The position numbers were made by a program, and so were the translations under genes. DNA of 64,000 nucleotides, taken from Eledone cirrhosa. Taxonomy: Eukaryota. Below the pieces are notes generated by a model that saw nothing but the letters and a program-made list of their open reading frames with translations, did not search any database and was not told the origin of the DNA. This document shows, in pieces, positions 45,120 to 63,100 of the stretch. Where the stretch lies: assembly GCA_964016885.1 (NCBI GenBank), contig OZ024741.1:210428001-210492000 (forward strand), in the 5' to 3' direction. Every line of letters begins with the position of its first letter. The stretch's first letter is position 1.

Positions 45120-48100
45120 GCCACACACAGCCACACAGCAACACACAGCCGCACACAGCCACACAGCCACACACAGCCACACACAGCCGCACACAGCCAC
45201 ACACAGCCACACACAGCCACACAGTCACACACAGCCACACACAGCCACAACACACAGCCACACAGTCACACACAGCCACACACAGCCACACAGCCACACA
45301 GCCACACACAGCCACACAGCCACACAGCCACACACAGCCACACACAACCACACACAGCCACACAGCCACACACAGCCACACAGCCACACACAGCCACACA
45401 CAGCCACACACAGCCACACAGCCACACAAAGTCAAACACAGCCACACAGCCACACAGCCACACACAGCAACACACAGCCACAAGACACACAGCCACACAC
45501 AGCCACACAGCCACACACAGCCACACACAGCCACACAGCCACACACAGCCACAGAGCCACATAGCCACACACAGTCACACACAGCCACACAGCCACACAG
45601 CCACACACAGCAACACACAGCTACGCACAGCCACACAGCCACAAAGACACACAGCCACACACAGTCACACACAGCCACACATCCACACAGCCACACACAG
45701 CCACACACAGCCACACAGCCACACACAGCCACACAGCCACACACAGCCACACACAGCCACACACAGCCACACAGCCACACACAGCCACACAGCCACACAC
45801 AGCCACACACAGTCACACACAGCCACACAGCCACACACCCACAAACAGCCACACACCCACACACAGCCACACAACCACACAGTCACACACAGCCACACAC
45901 AGCCACACACAGCCACACAGCCACACAGCCACACACAGCCACAGAGCCACACACGGACACACAGCCATACACAGCCACATACAGCCACACACAGCCACAC
46001 ACAGCCACACAGCCACACAGCCACACAGCCACACACAGCCACAGAGCCACACACAGCCACACAGCCACACACAGCCACACAACCACACAGCCACACACAG
46101 CCACATAGCCATATACATCCACACAGCCACACAGCCACACACAGCCACACACAGCCACAGAGCCACACACGGCCACACAGCCATACACAGCCACACACAG
46201 CCACACACAGCCACACAGCCACACACAGCCACACACAGCCGCACACAGCCACACACAGCCACACAGCCACACACAGCCACACACAGACACACAGCCACAC
46301 ACAGCCACACAACCACACACAGCCACACACAGCCACACAGCCACACACACCTACACAGCCACACAGACACACACAGTCACACAGCCACACACAGCCACAC
46401 AGCCACACACAGCCACACAGACACACACAGCCACACACAGCCACACACAGCCACACACAGCCACAGAGCCACACACAGCCACACAGCCACACAGCCACAC
46501 ACAGCCTCACACAGCCACACAGCCACACACCCACACACAGCCACACACCCACACACAGCCACACAACCACACAGTCACACACAGCCACACACAGCCACAC
46601 ACAGCCACACAGCCACACAGCCACACACAGCCACAGAGCCACACACAGCCACACAGCCACACACAGCCACACGACCACACAGCCACACACAGCCACATAG
46701 CCATATACATCCACACAGCCACTCAGCCACACACAGCCACAGAGCCACACACGGCCACACAGCCATACACAGCCACACACAGCCACACACAGCCACACAC
46801 AGCCACACAGCCACACAGCCACACAGCCACACACAGCCACAGAGCCACACACAGCCACACAGCCACACACAGCCACACGACCACACAGCCACACACAGCC
46901 ACATAGCCATATACATCCACACAGCCACACAGCAACACACAGCCACAGAGCCACACACGGCCACACAGCCATACACAGCAACACACAACCACACGCAGCC
47001 ACACACAGCCACACAGCCACACAGCCACACAACCACACACAGCCACACACAGCCACACAGCCACACACAGCCACACAACCACACAGCCACACACAGCCAC
47101 GTAGCCATATACATCCACACAGCCACACAGCCACACACAGCCACACAGCCACACACAGCCACACACAGCCACACACAGCCACACACAGCCACACAGCCAC
47201 ACACAGCCACACACAGCTACATAGCCACACAGCCACACAGCCACACACAGCCACACAGCCACAGAGCCACACACACCCACACAGCCACACACAGCAACAC
47301 ACAGCCACGCACAGCCACACAGCCACACAGCCACACACCCACACACAGCCACAGAGCCACACAGCCACACACAGTCACACACAACAAAACAGCCACACAA
47401 CCACACAGCCACACACAGCCACAAAGCCACACAGCCACACACAGCCACACACAGCCACACAGCCACACACAGCCACACACAGCCACACAGCCACACACAG
47501 CCACAGAGCCACACAGCCACACACAGTCCCACACAGCCACACAGCCACACAGCCACACACAGCAACACACAACCACGCACAGCCACACAGCCACACAGCC
47601 ACACAGCCACACACAGCCACACACAGCCACACAGCCACACACAGCCACACAGCCACACACAGCCACACACAGCCACACACAGCCACACAACCACACACAG
47701 CCACACAGCCACACGCAGCCACACACAGCCACACACAGCCACACAGCCACACACAGCCACACACAGCCACACAGCCACACACCCACACACAGCCACACAC
47801 CCACACACAGCCACACAACCACACAGTCACACACAGCAACACACAGCCACACACAGCCACACAGCCACACAGCCACACACAGCCACAGAGCCACACACAG
47901 TCACAGAGCCACACACAGCCACACAGCCACACACAGCCGCACAACCACACAGCCACACACAGTCACACACAGCCACACAGCCACACACAGCCACACAGCC
48001 ACACAGCCACACACAGCCACAGAGCCACACACAGCCACACACAGCCACACACAGCCACACAACCACGCAGCCACACACAGCCACATAGCCATATACATCC

Positions 48101-51100
48101 ACACAGCCACACAGACACACACAGCCACACACAGCCACACAGCCACACAGCCACACAGCCACACACAGCCACAAAGCCACACACAGCCACACAGCCACAC
48201 ACAGCCACACAACCACGCAGCCACACACAGCCACATAGCCATATACATCCACACAGCCACACAGCCACACACAGCCACAGAGCCACACACGGCCACACAG
48301 CCATACACAGCCACACACAGCCACACACAGCCACACACAGCCACACAGCCACACAGCCACACAACCACACACAGCCACAGAGCCACACCGAGCCACACAG
48401 CCACACACAGCCACACAACCACACAGCCACACACAGCCACATAGCCATATACATCCACACAGCCACACAGCCACACACAGCCACACACAGCCACACAGCC
48501 ACACACAGCCACAAAGCCACACGGTCACACACAGCCACACAGCCACACAGCCACACACAGCAACACACAACCACGCACAGCCACACAGCCACACAGCCAC
48601 ACAGCCACACAGCCACACAGCCACACACAGCCACAAAGCCACACAGCCACACACAGCCACACACAGTCACACAGCCACACACAGCCACACACAGCCACAC
48701 ACAGCCACACAGCCACACACCCACACACAGCCACACACCCACACACAACCACACAACCACACAGTCACACACAGCCACACACAGCCACACGCAGCCACAC
48801 AGCCACACAGCCACAGAGCCACACACAGCCACACACAGCCACACACAGCCACACAGCCACACACAGCCACACACAGCCACACAGCCACACACAGCCACAC
48901 AACCACACACAGCCACACACCCACACACAGCCACACAATCACACAGTCACACACAGCCACACAGAGCCACACACAGCCACACAGCCACACAGCCACACAC
49001 AGCCACAGAGCCACACACAGCCACACAGCCACACACACCCACACAGCCACACAGCCACTCACAGACACACAGCCACACACAGCCACACAGCCACACACAG
49101 CCACACACAGCCACACAGCCACACACAGCCACACAGCCAGACACAGCCACACACAGCCACACAGCCACACACAGCCACACAGACACACACAGACACACAC
49201 AGCCACACACAGCCACACAGCCACACACAGCCACACAGCCACACAGCCACACACAGCCACACACAGCCACACGGCCACACACCCACACACAGCCACACAC
49301 CCACACACAGCCACACAACCACACAGTCACACACAGCCACACAGAGCCACACACACTACACACAGCCACACAGCCACACACAGCCACAGAGTCACACACA
49401 GTCACAGAGCCACACACAGCCGCACAACCACACAGCCACACACAGCCACATAGCCATATACATCCACACAGCCACACACAGCCACAGAGCCACACACAGC
49501 CACACAGCCACACACAGCCACACAACCACACAGCCACGCACAGCCACATAGCCATATACATCCACACAGCCACACAGCCACACACAGCCACAGAGCCACA
49601 CACGGCCACACAGCCATACACAGCCACACACAGCCACACACAGCCACACACAGCCACACAGCCACACAGCCACACAGCCACACACAGCCACAGAGCCACA
49701 CACAGCCACACAGCCACACACAGCCACACAACCACGCAGCCAAACACAGCCACATAGCCATATACATCCACACAACCACACAGCCACACACAGCCACAGA
49801 ACCACACACGGCCACACAGCCATACACAGCCACACAACCACGCAGCCACACACAGCCACAGATCCACACACAGCCACACACAGCCATAAAGCCACACACA
49901 GCCACACACAGCCACACAACCACACACAGCCACAGAGCCACACAGCCACACACAGCAACACACAGCCACACACAGCCACACAGCCACACACAGCCACACA
50001 GCCACACAGCCACACACAGCTACACACAGCCACACAGCCACATACAGCCACACACAGCCACACACAGCCACACAACCACACACAGCCACACAGCCACACA
50101 CAGCCACACACAGCCACACACAGCCACACAGCCACACACCCACACACAGCCACACACCCACACACAGCCACACAACCACACAGTCACACACAGCAACACA
50201 CAGCCACACACAGCCACACAGCCACACAGCCACACACAGCCACAGAGCCACACACAGCCACAGAGCCACACACAGCCACACAGCCACACACAGCCGCACA
50301 ACCACACAGCCACACACAGTCACACACAGCCACACAGCCACACACCCACACACAGCCACACAGCTACACACAGCCACACAGCCACACACCCACACAGCCA
50401 CACAGTCACACACAGCCACAGAGCCACACACAGCCACACAGCCACACACAGCCACACAACCACCAGCCACACACAGCCACATAGCCATATACATCCACAC
50501 AGCCACACAGCCACACACAGCCACAGAGCCACACACGGCCACACAGCCATACACAGCCACACACAGCCACACACAGCCACACACAGCCACACACAGCCAC
50601 ACACCCACACAGCCACACAGCCACACACAGCCACAGAGCCACACACAGCCACACAGCCACACACAGCCACACAACCACACAGCCACACACAGCCACGTAG
50701 CCATATACATCCACACAGCCACACAGCCACACACAGCCACAGAGCCACACACAGCCACAAGCAGCCACACAGCCACACAGCCACACAACCACACACAGCC
50801 ACACACAGCCACACAGCCACACACAGCCACACAACCACACAGCCACACACAGCCACATAGCCATATACATCCACACAGCCACACAGCCACACACAGCCAC
50901 ACAGCCACACACAGCCACACACAGACACACAGCCACACAGCCACACACAGCCATATAGCCACACAGCCACACAGCCACACACAGCCACACAGCCACAGAG
51001 CCACACACACCCACACAGCCACACACAGCAACGCACAGCCACGCACAGCCACACAACCACACACAGCCACACAGCCACACACAGCCACAGAGCCACACAG

Positions 51101-54100
51101 CCACACACAGTCACACACAACAAAACAGCCACACAGCCACACAGCCACACTCAGCCACAAAGCCACACAGCCACACACAGCCACACACAGCCACACAGCC
51201 ACACAGCCACACACAGCCACACACAGCCACACAGCCACACACAGCCACACACAGCCACACAGCCACACACAGCCAGAGAGCCACACAGCCACACACAGCA
51301 ACACACAACCACGCACAGCCACACAGCCACACAGCCACACAGCCACACACAGCCACAAAGCCACACAGCCACACACAGCAACACACAACCACGCACAGCC
51401 ACACAGCCACACAGCCACACAGCCACACACAGTCACACATAGCCAAACAGCCACACAGCCACACACAGCCACACACAACCACACAGCCACACACAGCCAC
51501 GCAGCCACACACAGCCACACAGCCACACACAGCCACACAGCTACACACAGCCACACAGCCACACACAGCCACACACAGCCACACACAGCCACACAGCCAC
51601 ACACCCACACACAGCCACACACCCACACACCCACACACAACCACACAGTCACACACAGCCACACAGAGCCACACACAGCCACACAGCCACACAGCCACAC
51701 ACAGCCACAGAGCCACACACAGCCACACAGCCACACACACCCACACAGCCACACAGCCAAACACAGACACACAGCCACACACAGCCACACAGCCACACAC
51801 AGCCACACAGCCACACACAGCCACACAGCCACACACAGCCACACACAGCCACACAGCCACACACAGCCACACAGACACACACAGACACACACAGCCACAC
51901 ACAGCCACACAGCCACACACAGCCACACAGCCACACACAGCCACACACAGCCACACGGCCACACACCCACACACAGCCACACACCCACACAGCCACACAC
52001 AGTCACACACAGCCACACAGCCACAGAGCCACACACAGCAACACACAACCACGCACAGCCACACAGCCACACAGCCACACAGCCACACACAGCCACACAC
52101 AGCCACACAGCCACATACAGCCACACACAGCCACACACAGCCACACGACCACACACAGCCACACAGCCACACACATCCACACACAGCCACACACAGCCAC
52201 ACAGCCACACACCCACACACAGCCACACACCCACACACAGCCACACAACCACACAGTCACACACAGCAACACAGCCACACACAGCCACACAGCCACACAG
52301 CCACACACAGCCACAGAGCCACACACAGACACAGAGCCACACACAGCCACACACCCACACACAGCCACACAGCTACACACAGCCACACAGCCACACACCC
52401 ACACAGCCACACAGCCACACACAGCCACAGAGCCACACACAGCCACACAGCCACACACAGCCACACAACCACCAGCCACACACAGCCACATAGCCATATA
52501 CATCCACACAGCCACACACAGCCACAGAGCCACACACGGCCACACATCCATACACAGCCACACACAGCCACACACAGCCACACACAGCCACACACAGCCA
52601 CACACCCACACAGCCACACAGCCACACACAGCCACAGAGCCACACACAGCCACACAGCCACACACAGCCACACAACCACACAGCCACACACAGCCACATA
52701 GCCATATACATCCACACAGCCACACAGCCACACACAGCCACAGAGCCACACATGGCCACACAGCCATACACAGCAACACACAGCCACACACAGCCACACA
52801 CAGTCACACAGCCACACAGCCACACAACCACACACAGCCACACACAGCCACACAGCCACACACAGCCACACAACCACACAGCCACACACAGCCACATAGC
52901 CATATACATCCACACAGCCACGCAGCCACACACAGCCACACAGCCACACACAGCCACACACAGCCACACACAGCCACACACAGCCACACAGCAACACACA
53001 GCCACACACAGCCACATAGCCACACAGCCACACAGCCACACACAGCCACACAGCCACAGAGCCACACACACCCACACAGCCACACACAGCAACACACAGC
53101 CACGCACAGCCACACAGCCACACAGCCACACAGCCACACACAGCCACAGATCCACACAGCCACACACAGTCACACACAACAAAACAGCCACACAGCCACA
53201 CAGCCACACAGCCACACACAGCCACAAAGCCACACAGCCACACACAGCCACACACAGCCACACAGCCACACACAGCCACACACAGCCACACAGCCACACA
53301 CAGCCACAGAGCCACACAGCCACACACAGTCACACACAGCCACACAGCCACACAGCCACACAGCCACACACAGTCACACACAGCCACACAGCCACACAGC
53401 CACACAGCCACACACAGCCACACACAGCCACACAGCCACACACAGCCACACAGCCACACACAGCCACACACAGCCACACACAGCCACACAACCACACACA
53501 GCCACACAGCCACACACAGCCACACACAGCCACACACAGCCACACAGCCACACACCCACACACAGCCACACACCCACACACAGCCACTCAACCACACAGT
53601 CACACACAGCAACACACAGCCACACACAGCCACACAGCCACACAGCCACACACAGCCACAGAGCCACACACAGACACAGAGCCACACACAGCCACACAGC
53701 CACACACAGCCGCACAACCAGACAGCCAGACACAGTCACACACAGCCACACAGCCACATACCCACACACAGCCACACAGCCACACACAGCCACACAGCCA
53801 CACAGCCACAGAGCCACACACAGCCACACACAGCCACACACAGCCACACAACCACACAGCCACACACAGCCACATAGCCATATACATCCACACAGCCACA
53901 CAGCCACACACAGCCACAGAGCCACACACAGCCACACAGCCATACACAGCCACACACAGCCACACACAGCCACACACAGCCACACAGCCACACAGCCACA
54001 CAGCCACACACAGCCACAGAGCCACACACAGCCACACAGCCACACACAGCCACACAACCACGCAGCCAAACACAGCCACATAGCCATATACATCCACACA

Positions 54101-57100
54101 GCCACACAGCCACACACAGCCACACACAGCCACAGAACCACACACGGCCACACAGCCACACACAGCCACACACAGCCACACACAGCCACACACAGCCACA
54201 CAGCCACACAGCCACACAACCACACACAGCCACAGAGCCACACCGAGCCACACAGCCACACACAGCCACACAACCACACAGCCACACACAGCCACATAGC
54301 CATATACATCCACACAGCCACACAGCCACACACAGCCACACAGCCACACACAGCCACACACAGCCACACACAGCCACACACAGCCACACAGCCACATACA
54401 GCCACACACAGCCACCTAGCCACACAGCCACACAGCCACACACAGCCACACAGCCACAGAGCCACACACACCCACACAACCACACACAGCCACACACAGC
54501 CACACACAGCCACACAGCCACACACAGCCACACAGCCACACACAGCCACACACAGCCACACACAGCCACACAGCCACACACCCACACGCAGCGACACACC
54601 CACACACAGCCACACAACCACACAGTCACACACAGCCACACACAGCCACACACAGCCACACAGCCACACATACACACACAGCCACAGAGCCACACACAGC
54701 CACACACAGCCACACACAGCCACACAACCACACACTGCCACACACAGCCACACAGCCACACACAGCCACACAACCACACACAGCCACACACAGCCACACA
54801 GCCACACACACCCACACAGCCACACACAGCCACACAGCCACATACAGCCACACACAGCCACATAGCCACACAGCCACACAGCCACACACAGCCACACAGC
54901 CACAGAGCCACACACACCCACACAGCCACACACAAACACACAGCCACACACAGTCACACAGCCACACACAGCCACACACAGCCACACACAGCCACACAGC
55001 CACACACAGCCACACAGCCACACACAGCCACACAGCCACACACAGCCACACACAGCCACACAGCCACACACAGCCACACAGACACACACAGCCACACACA
55101 GCCACACACAGCCACACACAGCCACACAGCCACACTGCCACACACAGCCACACACAGCCACACACCCACACACCCACACACAGCCACACACCCACGCACA
55201 GCCACACAACCACACACCCACACACAGCCACACAGCCACACACAGCCACACAACCACACAGCCACACACAGCCACACACAGCCACACAGCCACACAGCCA
55301 CACACAGCCACAGAGCCGCACAGCAACACACAGCCACACACAGCCACAAAGCCACACAGCCACACACAGTCACACACAGCCACACAGCCACACAGCCACA
55401 CACAGCCACACACAGCCACACAGCCACACACAGCCACACAGCCACACACAGCCACACACAGCCACACAGCCACACACAGCCACACAGCCACGCACAGCCA
55501 CACACAGCCACACACAGCCACACAGCCACACACCCACACACAGCCACACACCCACACACAGCCACACAACCACACAGTCAAACACAGCCACACACAGCCA
55601 CACACAGCCACACAGCCACACACAGCCACAGAGCCACACACAGCCACACACAGCCACACACAGCCACACACAGCCACACACAGCCACACAGCCACACACA
55701 GCCACACAACCATACACAGCCACACACAGCCACACAGCCACACACACCCACACAGCCACACAGCCACACACAGACACACAGCCACACACAGCCACACAGC
55801 CACACACAGCCACACACAGCCTCACACAGCCACACAGCCACACAGCCACACACAGCCACACAGCCACACACACCCACACAGCCACACAGCCACACACAGA
55901 CACACAGCCACACACAGCCACACAGCCACACACAGCCACACACAGCCACACACAGCCACACAGCCACACACACCCACACAGTCACACAGCCACACACAGA
56001 CACACAGCCACACACAGCCACACAGCCACACACAGCCACACACAGCCACACACAGCCACACAGCCACACACAGCCACACACAGCCACACACAGCCACACA
56101 GCCACACAGCCACACACAGCTACACAGCCACACACAGCCACACACAGCCACACAGCCACACACAGCCACACAGACACACACAGCCACACACAGCCACACA
56201 CAGCCACACAGCCACAGAGCCACACACAACCACACAGCCACACACAGCCACACACAGCCACACACAGCCACACAACCACACAGCCACACACAGCCACATA
56301 GCCATATACATCCATACAGCCACACAGCCACACACAGCCACACACGGCCACACAGCCACACACAGCCAGAGAGCCGCACCGAGCCACACAGCCACACACA
56401 GCCACACACAGTCACACAGCCACACACAGCCACACACAGCCACACAACCACACAGCCACACACAGCCACATAGCCATATACACCCACACAGCCACACGGC
56501 CACACACAGTCACACAGCCACACACAGCCACACACAGCCACACACAGCCACACACAGCCACACAGCCACATACAGCCACACACAGCCACATAGCCACACA
56601 GCCACACAGCCACACACAGCCACACAGCCACAGAGCCACACACAGCAACACACAGCCACGCACAGCCACACAGCCACACAGCCACACAGCCACACACAGC
56701 CACACACAGCCACACAGCCACACACAGCCACACACAGCCACACAGCCACACACAGCCACAGAGCCACACAGCCACACACAGTCACACACAGCCACACAGC
56801 CACACAGCCACACACAGCAACACACAACCACGCACAGCCACACAGCCACACACAGCCACAAAGCCACACAGCCACACACAGTCTCACACAGCCAAACAGC
56901 CACACAGCCACACACAGCCACACACCCACACACAGCCACACAGACTCACACAGCCGCACACAGCCACACACAGCCACACAGCCACACACAGCCACACAGC
57001 CACACACAGCCACACAGACTCACACAGCCGCACACAGCCACACACAGCCACACAGCCACACACAGCCACACAGGCACACACAGCCACACACAGCCACACA

Positions 57101-60100
57101 CACAGCCACACACCCACACAGAGCCACACACCCACACACAACCACACAACCACACAGTCACACACAGCCACACACAGCCACACACAGCCACACAGCCACA
57201 CAGCGACACACCCACACACAGCCACACACAGCCACACACAGCCACACAGCCACACACAGCCACACACAGCCACACAGCCACACACAGCCACACAACCACA
57301 CACAGCCACACACAGCCACACAGCCACACACACCCACACAGCCACACAGCCACACACAGACACACAGCCACACACAGCCACACAGCCACACACAGTCACA
57401 CACAGCCACACACAGCCACACAGCCACACACAGCCACACATCCACACACAGCCACACACAGCCAGACAGCCACACACAGCCACACAGACACACACAGACA
57501 CACACAGCCACACACAGCCACACAGCCACACACAGCCACACAGCCACACACCCACACACAGCCACACAACCACACAGTCACACACAGCCACACAGAGCCA
57601 CACACAGCCACACAGCCACACAGCCACACAGAGCCACAGAGCCACACACAGCCACACAGCCACACACAGCCACACATCCACACAGCCACACACAGCCACA
57701 CAGCCACACACAGCCACAGATCCACACACGGCCACACAGCCATACACAGCCACACACAGCCACACACAGCCACACACAGCCACACAGCCACACAGCCACA
57801 CAGCCACACACAGCCACAGAGCCACACACAGCCACACAGCCACACACAGCCACACAACCACACAGCCACACACAGCCACATAGCCATATACATCCACACA
57901 GCCACACAGCCACACACAGCCACAGAGCCACACATGGCCACACAGCCATACACAGCAACACACAGCCACACACAGCCACACACAGCCACACAGCCACACA
58001 GCCACACAACCACACACAGCCACACACAGCCACACAGCCACACACAGCCACACAACCACACAGCCACACACAGCCACATAGCCATATACATCCACACAGC
58101 CACGCAGCCACACACAGCCACACAGCCACACACAGCCACACACAGCCACACACAGCCACACACAGCCACACAGCAACACACAGCCACACACAGCCACATA
58201 GCCACACAGCCACACAGCCACACACAGCCACACAGCCACAGAGCCACACACACCCACACAGCCACACACAGCAACACACAGCCACGCACAGCCACACAGC
58301 CACACAGCCACACAGCCACACACAGCCACAGATCCACACAGCCACACACAGTCACACACAACAAAACAGCCACACAGCCACACAGCCACACAGCCACACA
58401 CAGCCACAAAGCCACACAGCCACACACAGCCACACACAGCCACACAGCCACACACAGCCACACACAGCCACACAGCCACACACAGCCACAGAGCCACACA
58501 GCCACACACAGTCACACACAGCCACACAGCCACACAGCCACACAGCCACACACAGTCACACACAGCCACACAGCCACACAGCCACACAGCCACACACAGT
58601 CACACACAGCCACACAGCCACACAGCCACACAGCCACACACAGCCACACACAGCCACACAGCCACACACAGCCACACAGCCACACACAGCCACACACAGC
58701 CACACACAGCCACACAACCACACACAGCCACACAGCCACACACAGCCACACACAGCCACACACAGCCACACAGCCACACACCCACACACAGCCACACACC
58801 CACACACAGCCACTCAACCACACAGTCACACACAGCAACACACAGCCACACACAGCCACACAGCCACACAGCCACACACAGCCACAGAGCCACACACAGA
58901 CACAGAGCCACACACAGCCACACAGCCACACACAGCCGCACAACCAGACAGCCAGACACAGTCACACACAGCCACACAGCCACATACCCACACACAGCCA
59001 CACAGCCACACACAGCCACACAGCCACACAGCCACAGAGCCACACACAGCCACACACAGCCAGACACAGCCACACAACCACACAGCCACACACAGCCACA
59101 TAGCCATATACATCCACACAGCCACACAGCCACACACAGCCACAGAGCCACACACAGCCACACAGCCATACACAGCCACACACAGCCACACACAGCCACA
59201 CACAGCCACACAGCCACACAGCCACACAGCCACACACAGCCACAGAGCCACACACAGCCACACAGCCACACACAGCCACACAACCACGCAGCCAAACACA
59301 GCCACATAGCCATATACATCCACACAACCACACAGCCACACACAGCCACAGAACCACACACGGCCATACAGCCATACACAGCCACACACAGCCACACACA
59401 GCCACACACAGCCACACAGCCACACAGCCACACAACCACACACAGCCACAGAGCCACACCGAGCCACACAGCCACACACAGCCACACAACCACACAGCCA
59501 CACACAGCCACATAGCCATATACATCCACACAGCCACACAGCCACACACAGCCACACAGCCACACACAGCCACACACAGCCACATAGCCACACACAGCCA
59601 CACACAGCCACACACAGCCACACAGCCACATACAGCCACACACAGCCACCTAGCCATACAGCCACACAGCCACACACAGCCACACAGCCACAGAGCCACA
59701 CACACCCACACAACCACACACAGCCACACACAGCCACACACAGCCACACAGCCACACACAGCCACACAGCCACACACAGCCACACACAGCCACACACAGC
59801 CACACAGCCACACACCCACACGCAGCGACACACCCACACACAGCCACACAACCACACAGTCACACACAGCCACACACAGCCACACACAGCCACACAGCCA
59901 CACATACACACACAGCCACAGAGCCACACACAGCCACACACAGCCACACACAGCCACACAACCACACACTGCCACACACAGCCACACAGCCACACACAGC
60001 CACACAACCACACACAGCCACACACAGCCACACAGCCACACACACCCACACAGCCACACACAGCCACACAGCCACATACAGCCACACACAGCCACATAGC

Positions 60101-63100
60101 CACACAGCCACACAGCCACACACAGCCACACAGCCACAGAGCCACACACACCCACACAGCCACACACAAACACACAGCCACACACAGTCACACAGCCACA
60201 CACAGCCACACACAGCCACACACAGCCACACAGCCACACACAGCCACACAGCCACACACAGCCACACAGCCACACACAGCCACACACAGCCACACAGCCA
60301 CACACAGCCACACAGACACACACAGCCACACACAGCCACACACAGCCACACAGCCACACTGCCACACACAGCCACACACAGCCACACACCCACACACCCA
60401 CACACAGCCACACACCCACGCACAGCCACACAACCACACAGCCACACACAGCCACAGAGCCACACACAGCCACACAGCCACACACAGCCACACAACCACA
60501 CAGCCACACACAGCCACACACAGCCACACAGCCACACACAGCCACACACAGCCACACAGCCACACACAGCCACAGAGCCGCACAGCAACACACAGCCACA
60601 CACAGCCACAAAGCCACACAGCCACACACAGTCACACACAGCCACACAGCCACACAGCCACACACAGCCACACACAGCCACACAGCCACACACAGCCACA
60701 CAGCCACACACAGCCACACACAGCCACACACAGCCACACAGCCACACACAGCCACACAGCCACGCACAGCCACACACAGCCACACACAGCCACACAGCCA
60801 CACACAGCCACAGAGCCACACACAGCCACACACAGCCACACACAGCCACACACAGCCACACACAGCCACACAGCCACACACAGCCACACAACCATACACA
60901 GCCACACACAGCCACACAGCCACACACACCCACACAGCCACACAGCCACACACAGCCACACAGCCACACACAGCCACACACAGCCACACACAGCCACACA
61001 GCCACACACAGCCACACAGCCACGCACAGCCACACACAGCCACACACAGCCACACAGCCACACACAGCCACAGAGCCACACACAGCCACACACAGCCACA
61101 CACAGCCACACACAGCCACACACAGCCACACAGCCACACACAGCCACACAACCATACACAGCCACACACAGCCACACAGCCACACACACCCACACAGCCA
61201 CACAGCCACACACAGACACACAGCCACACACAGCCACACAGCCACACACAGCCACACACAGCCACACACAGCCACACAGCCACACACAGCCACACACAGC
61301 CACACAGCCACACACAGCCACACAACCACACACAGCCACACACCCACACACAGCCACACAATCACACAGTCACACACAGCCACACAGAGCCACACACAGC
61401 CACACAGCCACACAGCCACACACAGCCACAGAGCCACACACAGCCACACAGCCACACACACCCACACAGCCACACAGCCACTCACAGACACACAGCCACA
61501 CACAGCCACACAGCCACACACAGCCACACACAGCCACACAGCCACACACAGCCACACAGCCAGACACAGCCACACACAGCCACACAGCCACACACAGCCA
61601 CACAGACACACACAGACACACACAGCCACACACAGCCACACAGCCACACACAGCCACACAGCCACACAGCCACACACAGCCACACACAGCCACACGGCCA
61701 CACACCCACACACAGCCACACACCCACACACAGCCACACAACGACACAGTCACACACAGCCACACAGAGCCACACACACCCACACAGCCACACAGCCACA
61801 CACAGCCACAGAGTCACACACAGTCACAGAGCCACACACAGCCGCACAACCACACAGCCACACACAGCCACATAGCCATATACATCCACACAGCCACACA
61901 CAGCCACAGAGCCACACACAGCCACACAGCCACACACAGCCACACAACCACACAGCCACACACAGCCACATAGCCATATACATCCACACAGCCACACAGC
62001 CACACACAGCCACAGAGCCACACACGGCCACACAGCCATACACAGCCACACACAGCCACACACAGCCACACACAGCCACACAGCCACACAGCCACACAGC
62101 CACACACAGCCACAGAGCCACACACAGCCACACAGCCACACACAGCCACACAACCACGCAGCCAAACACAGCCACATAGCCATATACATCCACACAACCA
62201 CACAGCCACACACAGCCACAGAACCACACACGGCCACACAGCCATACACAGCCACACAACCACGCAGCCACACACAGCCACAGATCCACACACAGCCACA
62301 CACAGCCATAAAGCCACACACAGCCACACACAGCCACACAACCACACACAGCCACAGAGCCACACAGCCACACACAGCAACACACAGCCACACACAGCCA
62401 CACAGCCACACACAGCCACACAGCCACACAGCCACACACAGCTACACACAGCCACACAGCCACATACAGCCACACACAGCCACACACAGCCACACAACCA
62501 CACACAGCCACACAGCCACACACAGCCACACACAGCCACACACAGCCACACAGCCACACACCCACACACAGCCACACACCCACACACAGCCACACAACCA
62601 CACAGTCACACACAGCAACACACAGCCACACACAGCCACACAGCCACACAGCCACACACAGCCACAGAGCCACACACAGCCACAGAGCCACACACAGCCA
62701 CACAGCCACACACAGCCGCACAACCACACAGCCACACACAGTCACACACAGCCACACAGCCACACACCCACACACAGCCACACAGCTACACACAGCCACA
62801 CAGCCACACACCCACACAGCCACACAGTCACACACAGCCACAGAGCCACACACAGCCACACAGCCATACACAGCCACACAACCACCAGCCACACACAGCC
62901 ACATAGCCATATACATCCACACAGCCACACAGCCACACACAGCCACAGAGCCACACACGGCCACACAGCCATACACAGCCACACACAGCCACACACAGCC
63001 ACACACAGCCACACACAGCCACACACCCACACAGCCACACAGCCACACACAGCCACAGAGCCACACACAGCCACACAGCCACACACAGCCACACAACCAC